NCBI RefSeq assembly: GCF_000406145.1
Contig: NZ_CM001976.1
Location: 3,011,337-3,043,336, forward strand
Source of the DNA: Dickeya dadantii NCPPB 898
Lineage (GTDB): Bacteria > Pseudomonadota > Gammaproteobacteria > Enterobacterales > Enterobacteriaceae
Direction: 5' to 3'
Length of the DNA: 32,000 nt
Part shown: positions 7,015 through 15,983 of the stretch, one piece after another
Layout of the letters: each line of letters starts with the position of its first letter
Numbering within the stretch: position 1 is the first letter of the stretch
Notes under the pieces: model-generated
Database searches by the model: none
What the model was told of the DNA's origin: nothing
Seen by the model: only the letters and a program-made list of their open reading frames with translations
Position numbers and translations under genes: made by a program

Positions 7015-7497
7015 GTTTTTTTTGAAATTTTCGTATCCCCCGGGAAAAACCAGTCAGGCCGGCACCTGCGGTAAGTAGAATAAAGGAAAGACGGTAATTT
7101 GCAGGGAATGTGATAACCACTCATACCGCATTTAACAGCCTGCTATAAAATGTCATTGCCGCTTCATTCTCCCTCTATACTTTATAAGGTATCTTGCGTA
7201 TCAACCTAGTCATGCTGGCATGGGCGCGTTAAGGTTTCATCGTACGCAAACCCAAATATCAGTCAGTAACACAGTCTGTGGTCAGGACATACGTCGCCAG
7301 TGAGTAGATATGATGTCATCGGCTTCTAACATGCAGCCAGCAGCGATACACTCAATGCCGGCGGCAAGCCGAAAACACTCGATTGCAACTGTTGCTCCCG
7401 GCACATACGCATCGTGACGGGATAAAATCCGCAGACAGTTCATGCGCGATGAAAATCAGGGATGGTAACGATTACGCTGAAATTTACATTACGTCTG

Positions 7498-7524
7498 TAA
7501 ACTTTTCGTATACAGTGCCGATAA
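7498..7524 (+). promoter_or_regulatory. Sigma-28 (FliA) promoter of fliDST
   Basis: The plus strand reads TAAACTTT-N11-GCCGATAA (7/8 and 8/8 to consensus). The -10 element ends 38 nt before the fliD ATG. Confidence 0.88.
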
Positions 7525-7561
7525 GACTGTCAGTTCACAATTTAAACGGAAGGGTATCTCT

Positions 7562-9016
7562 ATGGCTACGACGGTTAGCAGTAACTCAGACATCATTTCA
7601 TCGATAGGTATGAACTTGGGTACGTCAGTCAGTGGTTCTTCACTTGACTTGAGTTCACTGATAAGCAAGCTGCAAACCGTTGAAGAGCAGCGGCTGACCC
7701 CCTATAACAATAAGCAGACCTCGCTGAGCAAGCAGGCAACCGCCTATACCACCGTTGAATCGGCGATGAAGAACTTGCAGAGTGCTACCACGACTCTGCA
7801 AAACATGAAGACCATCACGTCAACGGCCGTGACCAGCACCAATACCGCATTCAGCGCCAGCACCGACAGTACTGCGGTAGCGGGTTCCTACAGTGTTTTC
7901 GTCAATAATATCGCGCAGGCGCAGTCGCAAATCTCCGGTAATTTTAGCAGCGCATCAACCGCGTTGGTATCAGGCGGGACTTCCAGCACCAGCAGCACGA
8001 TCACGATTACGCAATCCAGCCAGTCTACGCCGTTGACGATTACGCTAACCGATGACAAAACGTCATTAAACGATATCCGTGATGCTATTAACAACGCCGG
8101 CGGTAGCGTCAGCGCCACTATCCTTAACGACGGCACCAACAACAAACTGATTCTGACGGCAAAAGACACTGGCACGAAATCCGCGATGAGCATCTCAGTC
8201 AGTGGTTCGCTTTCCAGCTCACTGGGCAGTTTCACCGAGCAGGTTGCAGCCAAAGATGCCTCATTCACGATCAACGGCGTGTCAGTAACCAGCCAGAGCA
8301 ATACGGTGACTACCGCCATCAGCGGTGTGACGTTGAACCTTAAAGCGGCCTCCACTACCGGCTCAAACGCGGAAAGCCTGACGATTGCATCGGATATCAC
8401 CAATACTGAAAAAGCAGTTCAGAATTGGGTGACCGCCTATAACAATGTGCTGGACGTCATCAAGACCCAGACCAATTACACTGCGCCGACATCAACCGAG
8501 CAGTCTGACGGCACCCAGTCATCCAGCAATGGTGCGCTGGTCAGTGACAGTACCATTCGTGCAATTAAGCGACAGTTACAGGGCCTGATGAGCAACTTTC
8601 AGGGTAGCGGCTCACTGAACACGATGGCCGATCTGGGAATTACCCAAGATCCGACCAATGACGGTAAACTGACTGTCGACAACACCAAACTGGAAAGCAC
8701 GTTGAAAAGCAGCGCCAGTAGCGTGGCGCAATTCTTTGTTGGCAACGGCACCACCACTGGATTTGCCACTCAAGCGGGAAATTACCTGACCCAGACAGTG
8801 GATTCGGCAGATGGTCTGATCAAATCGGCCCAGGCGAGTATCAAAACCAGCCAGGCTAGCGTAACTAAACAGCTCGCCAGCATCCAGGACAGTATTGATT
8901 CCACGATGGCGCGCTACAAGACCCAGTTTACTAATCTCAATACTCTGCTGTCCAAACTGTCGTCAACCAGTTCTTACCTGACACAACAGTTTAATAAAAC
9001 CAGCAGTTCCAGCTAA
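7562..9016 (+). CDS. fliD: Flagellar filament capping protein (HAP2), 484 aa
   Basis: It sits divergent from fliC and upstream of fliS/fliT. The N-terminus (LDLSSLISKLQTVEEQRLTPYNNKQTSLSKQATAYTTVESAMKNLQSA) and C-terminus (ARYKTQFTNLNTLLSKLSSTSSYLTQQF) match the FliD pattern, and the S/T-rich middle is typical. Confidence 0.93.
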   Translation: MATTVSSNSDIISSIGMNLGTSVSGSSLDLSSLISKLQTVEEQRLTPYNNKQTSLSKQATAYTTVESAMKNLQSATTTLQNMKTITSTAVTSTNTAFSASTDSTAVAGSYSVFVNNIAQAQSQISGNFSSASTALVSGGTSSTSSTITITQSSQSTPLTITLTDDKTSLNDIRDAINNAGGSVSATILNDGTNNKLILTAKDTGTKSAMSISVSGSLSSSLGSFTEQVAAKDASFTINGVSVTSQSNTVTTAISGVTLNLKAASTTGSNAESLTIASDITNTEKAVQNWVTAYNNVLDVIKTQTNYTAPTSTEQSDGTQSSSNGALVSDSTIRAIKRQLQGLMSNFQGSGSLNTMADLGITQDPTNDGKLTVDNTKLESTLKSSASSVAQFFVGNGTTTGFATQAGNYLTQTVDSADGLIKSAQASIKTSQASVTKQLASIQDSIDSTMARYKTQFTNLNTLLSKLSSTSSYLTQQFNKTSSSS

Positions 9017-9029
9017 TTAAGCTAGGTGG

Positions 9030-9065
9030 TGTATGACGTGCGTTGCATTTAGGGCACGTCATACA
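9030..9065 (+). other. Perfect 12-bp inverted repeat (hairpin) in the fliD-fliS intercistronic gap
   Basis: TGTATGACGTGC (9030-9041), a 12-nt loop, then GCACGTCATACA (9054-9065). It starts 14 nt after the fliD stop. No U-tract follows directly; CTTTTTATTT lies about 17 nt further on. Confidence 0.6.
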
Positions 9066-9119
9066 TACAGATATTATTATCTTTTTATTTATTGTTAATC
9101 GGTTATCCAACGCATGGTC

Positions 9120-9530
9120 ATGTATAGAAAGAATGTCAGTCAGGCTTATGCTCAGGTCGGTGTGGAAAGCGCGGTGATGAGCGCCAGTCCACATCAGCTC
9201 ATTGTTATGCTGTTTGAGGGTACCAAGAGCGCGCTTGTCCGGGCTAGAATTCTTATTGAACAGAATGACATCGTCGGTAAAGGGAACGCGCTATCCAAGG
9301 CCATCGATATTATCAGTAATGGGTTGAAACTCGGACTGGATATGGAAAAAGGCGGCGAACTGGCAGAGAACCTTTCCGATCTTTACGACTACATGGTGCG
9401 TCGGTTATTGCATGCCAATATTAATAATGATTTGCAGGCAATCATAGAAGTGGAAGCCCTTCTCGGTAATATTGCGGATGCATGGAAACAAATTGGACCT
9501 GGTTATCAACCAACGACGGAAACGCGCTAA
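9120..9530 (+). CDS. fliS: Flagellin-specific export chaperone FliS (136 aa)
   Basis: MYRKNVSQAYAQVGVESAVMSASPHQLIVMLFEG...ALVRAR...GKG..LSKAI.II.NGL...LD...GGELA.NL..LY.YMVRRLL.AN..ND......VE.LL.NIADAWK aligns with E. coli FliS (MYAAKGTQAYAQIGVESAVMSAS...). An alternative ATG two codons upstream at 9114 is possible. Confidence 0.93.
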   Translation: MYRKNVSQAYAQVGVESAVMSASPHQLIVMLFEGTKSALVRARILIEQNDIVGKGNALSKAIDIISNGLKLGLDMEKGGELAENLSDLYDYMVRRLLHANINNDLQAIIEVEALLGNIADAWKQIGPGYQPTTETR

Positions 9531-9892
9531 TGGAAAACCTCTCTCCATTACTAATTGAGTATCAGGGGTTACTCAAACTCATCCGAAATATCAAGGCCAT
9601 GGCGCTTAACGGATTATGGGATGATGTTGTTGAACAGGAGATAGTTTATATCCAGTCAATAGAGAGAATCAGCCAGATTAACGTTCCAGCCAATATTCCC
9701 AGCACTGTGCAATTACAGTTCCGGCAGCTTCTTCAGGACATACTGGATACGGAATCACAGGTGAAAGAGCTGCTGCAGAACAGAATGCAGGAGCTGGCGG
9801 TACTCATCCAGCAATCACAAAATCAAAAATCGATTAACAACACTTATGCCGAGTTTTCCGACGATATTCTCCCGGGAAAACCGCAGCCCTGA
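9530..9892 (+). CDS. fliT: FliT, export chaperone for FliD / anti-FlhDC factor (120 aa)
   Basis: The ATG overlaps the fliS stop (TAATG at 9528-9532). Its size (E. coli FliT is about 121 aa), its position after fliS and its helical Q/L-rich sequence fit FliT. The ORF-track start at 9482 lies inside fliS and was rejected. Confidence 0.85.
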   Translation: MENLSPLLIEYQGLLKLIRNIKAMALNGLWDDVVEQEIVYIQSIERISQINVPANIPSTVQLQFRQLLQDILDTESQVKELLQNRMQELAVLIQQSQNQKSINNTYAEFSDDILPGKPQP

Positions 9893-9912
9893 TTAACACA
9901 GCCCTTGCATAC

Positions 9913-9946
9913 GAGCCCTGACTTCCCCAAAAGGGGCTCTTTTATT
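9913..9946 (+). terminator. Candidate rho-independent terminator after fliT
   Basis: GAGCCC (9913-9918) pairs with GGGCTC (9934-9939). An alternative inner pairing is CCCC-AAAA-GGGG. TTTTATT follows. Confidence 0.45.
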
Positions 9947-9948
9947 CC

Positions 9949-9990
9949 AAAAAAATCAGGGTGAATAACCATGGTCATTCACCCTTTTCT
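9949..9990. terminator. Bidirectional rho-independent terminator between convergent fliT and fliE
   Basis: AGGGTGAAT (9958-9966) pairs with ATTCACCCT (9977-9985), a perfect 9 bp. An inner AC/GT pairing sits around a CATG loop. An A7 run (9949-9955) lies on the left and TTTTCT on the right, so a U-tract follows the stem on either strand. Confidence 0.7.
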
Positions 9991-10074
9991 CGAAGTGCTT
10001 GCCGAATACAACGATCAATAAAAACACAGCAATCAATAAAAGCAGATATAATAAAACAGCGTTTTGCTTGCCGA

Positions 10075-10389
10075 CTATATCGTCATATTCATGACTTCCT
10101 GGTAAGCCGAGACCAGTTTATTACGCACCTGAACCCCCATTTGCAAAGCAATCGAGGCCTTCTGGTTGTCAACCATGACGTCATTCAGAGCGACCCCAGG
10201 TTTGCCCAACGTGAATGCTTCGGCTTGCGTCTGAGCCTGCGTCCTGGTTTCGTTGATTTTCTCAAGCGCCGCTTTCAGCTCGCTGGCAAAACCAGCCTGG
10301 GACGCAACGTTGGAATCCGGTCCACCGGCTGCTTTGGTTGCGGTAATCTGCATCTGCTGCAATACCGCGTCGATACCCTGAATAGACAT
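10075..10389 (-). CDS. fliE: Flagellar hook-basal body complex protein FliE (104 aa)
   Basis: MSIQGIDAVLQQMQ...FASELKAALEKINETRTQAQTQAEAFTLGKPGVALNDVMVDNQKASIALQMGVQVRNKLVSAYQEVMNMTI is near-colinear with E. coli FliE. A GAGGA SD lies 7 nt upstream. Confidence 0.96.
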   Translation of the reverse strand: MSIQGIDAVLQQMQITATKAAGGPDSNVASQAGFASELKAALEKINETRTQAQTQAEAFTLGKPGVALNDVMVDNQKASIALQMGVQVRNKLVSAYQEVMNMTI

Positions 10390-10721
10390 GCCTGCTTCCT
10401 CAACTAAAGATTGAGAATGATATAAAAACCAAATAAATGATAAACATATGTATATGCAGCAAACGAACTACGGCATCAGCACCGTTTATTTCACATACAT
10501 CTCTTTACAGGTTCAATACGCTACCATATCCATAAGGTAGTAAATCGTATAAATGACATTAAAAATGCCAGCTTATCGACCCATCAAATTTTGCGTAACG
10601 GAAAATAATGGCATGCCGGTAAATGTAGGCGATGAGTTTTTATGATTGCGCAATCAGGGAGTTCTGTTTTGTTACGTTACAACGTTACCCATATCGTTCA
10701 GCAACCAGGCAGAGATAGAGT
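10390..10721. promoter_or_regulatory. Divergent fliE / fliF promoter region (FlhD4C2-dependent class 2 promoters expected)
   Basis: This is a 332-bp AT-rich divergent intergenic region. In E. coli/Salmonella both operons are class 2 (established knowledge). I found only partial FlhDC half-site resemblance (AACGGAAAATAATGG at 10597-10611) and could not position the boxes with confidence. Confidence 0.45.
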
Positions 10722-12443
10722 ATGAACGCCTTAACATCCGGCGCCGCAACCGGTGGGAAAAGCTTTGGCGAGATACTCAACCGTTTGCGTGCCAACCCTA
10801 AAATTCCTTTACTGATTGCTTCCGCTGCGACTATTGCGATTGTTGTCGCCCTGTCATTGTGGGCTCGCGGCCCCGACTATCGGGTGCTGTACACCAACCT
10901 CAATGAACGTGATGGCGGCAGTATTGTCTCCGAACTGGGCAAAATGAATATCCCTTACCGCTTCACCGAAAGCGGCGCGGCCATCATGATCCCGTCGGAC
11001 AAGGTTTATGAAACACGCCTGAAACTCGCCCAGCAGGGGTTACCGAAAGGCGGCGCTGTTGGCTTTGAGCTGCTTGACCAGGAAAAATTCGGCATTAGCC
11101 AGTTCAGCGAACAAATCAACTATCAACGCGCGCTGGAAGGCGAACTGGCGAGAACCATGGAAACCCTGGGGCCGATCCAGAATGCGCGCGTACATCTGGC
11201 CATCCCCAAGCCATCGCTGTTCGTGCGCGAACAAAAATCCCCTTCCGCAGCGGTTACCGTTACTCTGCAACCGGGTCGAGCGCTTGACGATAGCCAGATT
11301 AGTGCCATTACCTATCTGGTTTCCAGCAGTGTAGCCGGTCTGCCGGCCGACAAGGTCACCGTCGTTGACCAGACCGGTAAGCTGCTGACGCAAAATGACA
11401 GCTCAGGACGCGACCTCAATGCCGCGCAGCTGAAATATGCCAATGAAGTCGAAAGTAATTACCAGCGCCGGATTGAAGCGATTTTGACGCCAGTGGTAGG
11501 CGCGGGCAATGTCCATGCGCAAGTCACCGCCCAGATCGATTTCGCCAGCCGCGAACAGACGGATGAACAGTATCAACCTAACCAGACGCCGAATCAGGCT
11601 GCGGTACGTTCTCAGCAAAACAGTCAGAGCGATCAGCGCGGCGGCCCTAACGTAGGTGGCGTGCCTGGCGCATTATCGAATACACCGACACCGGCGCCGA
11701 CCGCGCCTATTTCTACCCCGCCGGCAAACAACGCTAATAACGCGAACAATGCCAATAATGCGAACAACGCTAATGCCAATACGGCGGGTACCAATACTCA
11801 GACATCCGCCGGCAACGCGGCCAATCAGACGTACAACAGCCGCCATGATCAGACGATCAACTATGAAGTTGATCGCACCATCCGGCACACCAAACAAAAC
11901 ACCGGCAATGTTCAGCGTTTGTCCGTCGCTGTCGTGGTTAACTACACGCAGGGCGAAGACGGCAAACCGGCTGCGCTCAATGACGACCAACTAAAGAAAA
12001 TCGAAGCACTGGTCCGTGAATCCATGGGGTTCTCCAATGATCGTGGTGATACCCTGAACGTGGTTAATACACCGTTCACCATCACCGATGCCACTGGCGG
12101 CGAACTGCCCTTCTGGCAGAAACAGGCGTTCTTCGATCTGCTGACAGAAGTAGGCCGCTGGCTGCTGGTGCTGATTGTTGGCTGGATTCTGTATCGTAAA
12201 CTGGTGCGTCCGCAGTTGCAGAGACGTGCTCAGGTGCAGGAAGCAGCCGAAGCGGCAGCCTCGTTGCGCGGTCAGGATGCGGATGTCACCGTCACGCTCA
12301 GTACAATGGAAGAAGAACTGCAGCGGAAATCCGAGCAGCGGGCTCATGCAGAAATGCACAGCCAGCGTGTCCGTGAGCTGGCCGAGAATGATCCTCGCGT
12401 CGTCGCGCTGGTAATCCGCCACTGGATGAGTAACGAACTATGA
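10722..12443 (+). CDS. fliF: Flagellar MS-ring protein FliF (573 aa)
   Basis: [57 protein letters not shown] and [41 protein letters not shown] are canonical FliF sequence. The stop overlaps the fliG ATG (ATGA). Confidence 0.97.
   Translation: MNALTSGAATGGKSFGEILNRLRANPKIPLLIASAATIAIVVALSLWARGPDYRVLYTNLNERDGGSIVSELGKMNIPYRFTESGAAIMIPSDKVYETRLKLAQQGLPKGGAVGFELLDQEKFGISQFSEQINYQRALEGELARTMETLGPIQNARVHLAIPKPSLFVREQKSPSAAVTVTLQPGRALDDSQISAITYLVSSSVAGLPADKVTVVDQTGKLLTQNDSSGRDLNAAQLKYANEVESNYQRRIEAILTPVVGAGNVHAQVTAQIDFASREQTDEQYQPNQTPNQAAVRSQQNSQSDQRGGPNVGGVPGALSNTPTPAPTAPISTPPANNANNANNANNANNANANTAGTNTQTSAGNAANQTYNSRHDQTINYEVDRTIRHTKQNTGNVQRLSVAVVVNYTQGEDGKPAALNDDQLKKIEALVRESMGFSNDRGDTLNVVNTPFTITDATGGELPFWQKQAFFDLLTEVGRWLLVLIVGWILYRKLVRPQLQRRAQVQEAAEAAASLRGQDADVTVTLSTMEEELQRKSEQRAHAEMHSQRVRELAENDPRVVALVIRHWMSNEL
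11724..11780 (+). repeat. In-frame (Ala-Asn-Asn)5-Ala-Asn-Ala-Asn coding repeat within fliF
   Basis: GCA AAC AAC / GCT AAT AAC / GCG AAC AAT / GCC AAT AAT / GCG AAC AAC / GCT AAT / GCC AAT encodes ANNANNANNANNANNANAN (FliF aa 335-353). Codons differ between units. Confidence 0.85.
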
Positions 12444-13432
12444 GTCTGACAGGTACAGAAAAGAGCGCCGTTTTATTGATGACTATCGGCGAAGACCGTG
12501 CGGCAGAAGTTTTTACGCACCTTTCAACCCGCGAAGTGCAGCACCTCAGTACTGCGATGGCCAACATGAAACAGGTCTCTCAGTCTGAGTTGCTGGAAGT
12601 TTTGCGCGAGTTTGATATTGAGGCCGAGCAGTATGCGGCGTTGGGTGTGAACGCCGGCGAATACCTTCGTTCTGTCCTGGTCAAAGCATTGGGTGAAGAG
12701 CGTGCCTCCAGCCTGCTGGAAGATATCCTTGAAAGCAAGGAAACCTCTACCGGTATGGAAACGCTCAACTTTATGGAGCCGCAAAGCGCCGCCGACCTTA
12801 TCCGCGACGAACACCCGCAGATTATCGCCACCATCCTGGTGCACCTCAAACGCGCACAGGCGGCGGATATTCTGGCCCACTTCGACGAACGCATGCGTAA
12901 TGACGTTATGCTGCGTATCGCCACGTTCGGCGGGGTGCAACCGTCAGCTCTGGCGGAACTGACCGAAGTGCTTAACGGGCTGCTGGACGGTCAAAACCTC
13001 AAGCGCAGCAAGATGGGTGGTGTTCGTACTGCGGCAGAGATTATCAACCTGATGAAAACGCAGCACGAAGAAGCGGTTATCGATGCCGTGCGCGAATTCG
13101 ACGGCGAGTTGGCACAGAAAATTATCGACGAAATGTTCCTGTTCGAAAACCTGGTGGAAGTGGACGATCGCAGTATCCAGCGTCTGCTGCAGGAAGTGGA
13201 ATCCGAGTCTCTGCTGATCGCGCTGAAAGGCGCCGAACAGCCGCTGCGCGAGAAGTTCCTGCGCAACATGTCGCAACGTGCGGCGGAAATCTTGCGCGAC
13301 GATCTGGCGACCCGTGGTCCGGTACGTATGTCCCAGGTGGAAAACGAACAGAAAGCCATTTTGCTCATTGTACGTCGCCTGGCAGACAGCGGCGAAATGA
13401 TTATCGGTGGTGGCGATGACGCGTTCGTCTAA
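12440..13432 (+). CDS. fliG: Flagellar motor switch protein FliG (330 aa)
   Basis: [53 protein letters not shown] and [22 protein letters not shown] are near-identical in pattern to E. coli FliG. Confidence 0.98.
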   Translation: MSLTGTEKSAVLLMTIGEDRAAEVFTHLSTREVQHLSTAMANMKQVSQSELLEVLREFDIEAEQYAALGVNAGEYLRSVLVKALGEERASSLLEDILESKETSTGMETLNFMEPQSAADLIRDEHPQIIATILVHLKRAQAADILAHFDERMRNDVMLRIATFGGVQPSALAELTEVLNGLLDGQNLKRSKMGGVRTAAEIINLMKTQHEEAVIDAVREFDGELAQKIIDEMFLFENLVEVDDRSIQRLLQEVESESLLIALKGAEQPLREKFLRNMSQRAAEILRDDLATRGPVRMSQVENEQKAILLIVRRLADSGEMIIGGGDDAFV

Positions 13433-14162
13433 CTCTTCCAGCAATCTTGACTGGCAGCCATGGAAACTGGATGACCTGTCCTCCCCTACGCCTGCTGTCG
13501 CGGACGTGGTGACGCCGGCATCGTCTTTTCCGGCTTCGCCGTCGGCGCAACCTGGGGACAACGACTTTTTCGGTATGTCCGACTTTCAGCAGCCGGAGGA
13601 TGACCTGGCAACCCTGCGCGAGCAGGTGCTGCAACAGGCGCGGGAGAACGGGTTCGCCGAAGGCAAGCAACAGGGTTACGCCGCCGGTTATCAGGACGGA
13701 CTTCAGGCTGGCACGCAGCAGGGTTTACAGGATGCCGCTCAGCAGCAGCAGCCGGTGATTGCCCAGATGCAACAAATGGTCAATGAATTCCAGCAAACGC
13801 TGGACGCTCTGGACAGCGTCATTGTCTCACGCCTGATGCAACTGGCCTTAACCGCCGCCAAGCAGGTCATTGGCCAATCACCGGTTTGTGACGGTACGGC
13901 GCTAATGGGGCAAATACAGCAGTTGATCCAGCAGGAGCCGATGTTCAGCGGCAAGCCGCAGTTGCGCGTACACCCATCGGATCTGGATCGGGTGGAACAG
14001 CACCTCGGCCCTACTCTCAGCCTGCATGGCTGGCGGTTGTTGGCGGATAACCAGTTGCACCCGGGCGGCTGCAAGGTCAGCGCCGAAGAAGGGGATCTGG
14101 ACTCCAGCATTGCCACGCGCTGGCATGAACTTTGCCGACTGGCAGCACCGGGAGAACTCTGA
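13416..14162 (+). CDS. fliH: Flagellar export apparatus protein FliH (248 aa)
   Basis: WQPWKLDDL near the N-terminus and the C-terminal two thirds ([32 protein letters not shown]...[67 protein letters not shown]) match Salmonella/E. coli FliH. The ATG at 13416 overlaps the fliG 3' end. The ORF-track start at 13407 is a GTG three codons upstream and remains possible. Confidence 0.9.
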   Translation: MTRSSNSSSNLDWQPWKLDDLSSPTPAVADVVTPASSFPASPSAQPGDNDFFGMSDFQQPEDDLATLREQVLQQARENGFAEGKQQGYAAGYQDGLQAGTQQGLQDAAQQQQPVIAQMQQMVNEFQQTLDALDSVIVSRLMQLALTAAKQVIGQSPVCDGTALMGQIQQLIQQEPMFSGKPQLRVHPSDLDRVEQHLGPTLSLHGWRLLADNQLHPGGCKVSAEEGDLDSSIATRWHELCRLAAPGEL

Positions 14163-15532
14163 TGACTGTGCGTCTTTCCCGTTGGCTCTCTTCTATCGAT
14201 GCGTTTGAAAAGCGTATCGCCAATACGCCTGCGATACGCCGTTACGGACGGCTGACGCGTGCGACGGGATTGGTGCTTGAAGCGACCGGCCTGCACATGC
14301 CGCTGGGTTCAACCTGCCTGATTGAACGCCAGACCGGCAATCAGGTCGACGAAGTAGAAAGCGAAGTCGTCGGTTTTAACGGCCAGAAACTGTTCCTGAT
14401 GCCGCTCGAAGAAGTCGAGGGGATCATCCCGGGAGCGAGAGTCTATGAACGCGTCGGCCTTTCCGGCAGCAGCCAGGGCAAGCAACTACCGCTAGGTCCG
14501 GCATTGCTGGGCCGCGTGCTGGATGGCAGCGCCAAGCCGCTGGACGGCTTTCCGGCGCCTGATACCGGCTACACCGCGCCACTGGTGACCGCGCCGTTCA
14601 ACCCGCTTCAGCGTACGCCGATTGAACACGTTCTGGATGTCGGCGTGCGTGCCATTAACGCATTGCTGACGGTGGGCCGCGGTCAACGTATGGGGCTGTT
14701 CGCCGGTTCCGGCGTTGGTAAAAGTGTGCTGCTCGGAATGATGGCGCGCTATACTCAAGCCGATGTGATCGTAGTCGGCCTGATCGGCGAGCGTGGGCGA
14801 GAAGTCAAAGACTTCATCGAAAATATTCTCGGCACAGAGGGGCTTGCCCGCTCTGTGGTGATCGCCGCTCCGGCGGATGTCTCTCCCCTGCTGCGTATGC
14901 AGGGCGCGGCTTATGCTACGCGCATCGCAGAAGATTTCCGCGACCGTGGTCATCATGTATTGCTGATTATGGATTCGCTGACGCGTTATGCGATGGCTCA
15001 ACGTGAAATCGCACTGGCGATTGGCGAACCGCCCGCAACCAAAGGTTATCCGCCTTCGGTTTTTGCTAAATTACCCGCTCTGGTAGAGCGTGCAGGCAAC
15101 GGTATTTCCGGTGGCGGTTCTATCACGGCGTTTTATACGGTGTTGACCGAAGGCGACGACCAGCAGGACCCAATTGCCGATTCGGCTCGCGCCATTCTGG
15201 ACGGTCATATTGTGCTGTCCCGCCAGTTGGCGGAGTCCGGGCACTATCCGGCCATTGATATCGAAGCGTCTATTAGCCGTGCGATGACGGCGTTAATAGA
15301 TGAAAACCATTATTCTGCGGTAAGGCAATTCAAGCAGTCGCTATCCAGCTATCAGCGCAACCGCGATCTGATTAATGTCGGCGCTTATGCCGCCGGTAGC
15401 GATCCGCTGCTGGATCGGGCAATACAACTTTATCCGCAGATGCAACACTTTTTGCAGCAGGGAATGTTTGAGCGAAGCTCATTTGAGGAAGCCTGTCAGG
15501 CACTGGATAACATTTTCCCGTATAATCGGTAG
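14162..15532 (+). CDS. fliI: Flagellum-specific type III export ATPase FliI (456 aa)
   Basis: The Walker A motif [15 protein letters not shown] and Walker B region [19 protein letters not shown] are present, and the sequence is colinear with FliI. The start MTVRLSRWL at 14162 overlaps the fliH stop (TGATG). The ORF-track start at 14132 lies inside fliH. Confidence 0.97.
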   Translation: MTVRLSRWLSSIDAFEKRIANTPAIRRYGRLTRATGLVLEATGLHMPLGSTCLIERQTGNQVDEVESEVVGFNGQKLFLMPLEEVEGIIPGARVYERVGLSGSSQGKQLPLGPALLGRVLDGSAKPLDGFPAPDTGYTAPLVTAPFNPLQRTPIEHVLDVGVRAINALLTVGRGQRMGLFAGSGVGKSVLLGMMARYTQADVIVVGLIGERGREVKDFIENILGTEGLARSVVIAAPADVSPLLRMQGAAYATRIAEDFRDRGHHVLLIMDSLTRYAMAQREIALAIGEPPATKGYPPSVFAKLPALVERAGNGISGGGSITAFYTVLTEGDDQQDPIADSARAILDGHIVLSRQLAESGHYPAIDIEASISRAMTALIDENHYSAVRQFKQSLSSYQRNRDLINVGAYAAGSDPLLDRAIQLYPQMQHFLQQGMFERSSFEEACQALDNIFPYNR

Positions 15533-15540
15533 GAGGACGA

Positions 15541-15981
15541 ATGAGGACTCAGTCTACTTTCGTCATGCTGCGTGATTTGGCCCAAAAAGAGGTTGATGCC
15601 GCGACAACGCATCTGGGTCAGATACAAAAAGCCTATTTGCAGGCTGAACAGCAACTTAATGCGTTGTTAGGTTACCATGATGATTATCGCCAGCGGCTCA
15701 ATGACTCAATGACCGAAGGCATGGCCAATACCTCCTGGCAAAATTATCAGCAATTTATTTTGACTCTGGAAAAAGCGATTGAGCAGCACCAGCATCAGTT
15801 ATTAAATTGGTCTTCTCGTTTGAATCAGGCGATGAAAGCCTGGCAGGAAAAGCAACAGCGACTGAATGCATTTAGTACCTTACAACAGCGCGAACAGACT
15901 AAAATGCTGGCGCATGAAAATCGCCTGGAACAAAAGCGGATGGATGAATTCGCCCAACGCGCATCAATGAGGAAAACATAA
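15541..15981 (+). CDS. fliJ: Flagellar export protein FliJ (146 aa)
   Basis: An AGGAGG SD lies 5 nt upstream. The coiled-coil Q-rich sequence (LRDLAQKEVDAATTHLGQ...YHDDYRQRL), the size and the position after fliI all fit FliJ. Confidence 0.92.
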   Translation: MRTQSTFVMLRDLAQKEVDAATTHLGQIQKAYLQAEQQLNALLGYHDDYRQRLNDSMTEGMANTSWQNYQQFILTLEKAIEQHQHQLLNWSSRLNQAMKAWQEKQQRLNAFSTLQQREQTKMLAHENRLEQKRMDEFAQRASMRKT

Positions 15982-15983
15982 TT

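Noticed and set aside
6055-7074. 339-aa plus-strand ORF, the longest unassigned ORF in the track
   Set aside because: It lies exactly antisense to fliC and its leader. Its translation is low-complexity (V/S/R/G-rich) with no recognisable motifs, no SD and an implausible start. Long antisense frames are expected opposite flagellin genes because their Ala/Thr/Asn/Gln-rich codon usage leaves few stop codons in the opposite-strand frame.
7215-7260. ACGCAAACCC motif, faintly reminiscent of the conserved ACGCAAAGCC core of c-di-GMP-I (GEMM) riboswitches that often precede flagellar genes
   Set aside because: Only this short string matches. I could not find the paired P1/P2 helices, the GNRA tetraloop or the receptor context. 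The site also lies upstream of both mapped promoters, so it would not be in either leader.
7282-7443. Small ORFs in the fliC-fliD spacer: 53 aa on the minus strand (MNCLRILSRHDAYVPG...) and 35 aa on the plus strand (7310-7417)
   Set aside because: Neither has an SD or any recognisable family resemblance, and they are mirror images of each other. I kept the region only as an unexplained-spacer finding, not as gene calls.
7383-7607. 74-aa plus-strand ORF overlapping the fliD promoter and start
   Set aside because: It runs across the sigma-28 promoter and out of frame into fliD. It has no support.
9961-10407. 148-aa plus-strand ORF
   Set aside because: It is antisense to fliE and begins inside the bidirectional terminator hairpin. 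It has no motif or SD support.
10597-10611. AACGGAAAATAATGG as an FlhD4C2 half-site in the fliE/fliF divergent region
   Set aside because: The spacing inside the half-site is off by one, and I found no matching inverted partner at 10-12 nt. I report only the region as a presumed class 2 promoter region.
12944-14296. 205-aa and 185-aa minus-strand ORFs (12944..13561 and 13739..14296), plus other 100-170-aa antisense ORFs inside fliF, fliG, fliI, fliK, flgK, flgI, flgH and flgF
   Set aside because: All lie antisense to, or out of frame within, strongly supported flagellar genes. Their sequences are Arg/Cys/His-rich and typical of non-coding frames in roughly 50-55% GC DNA.
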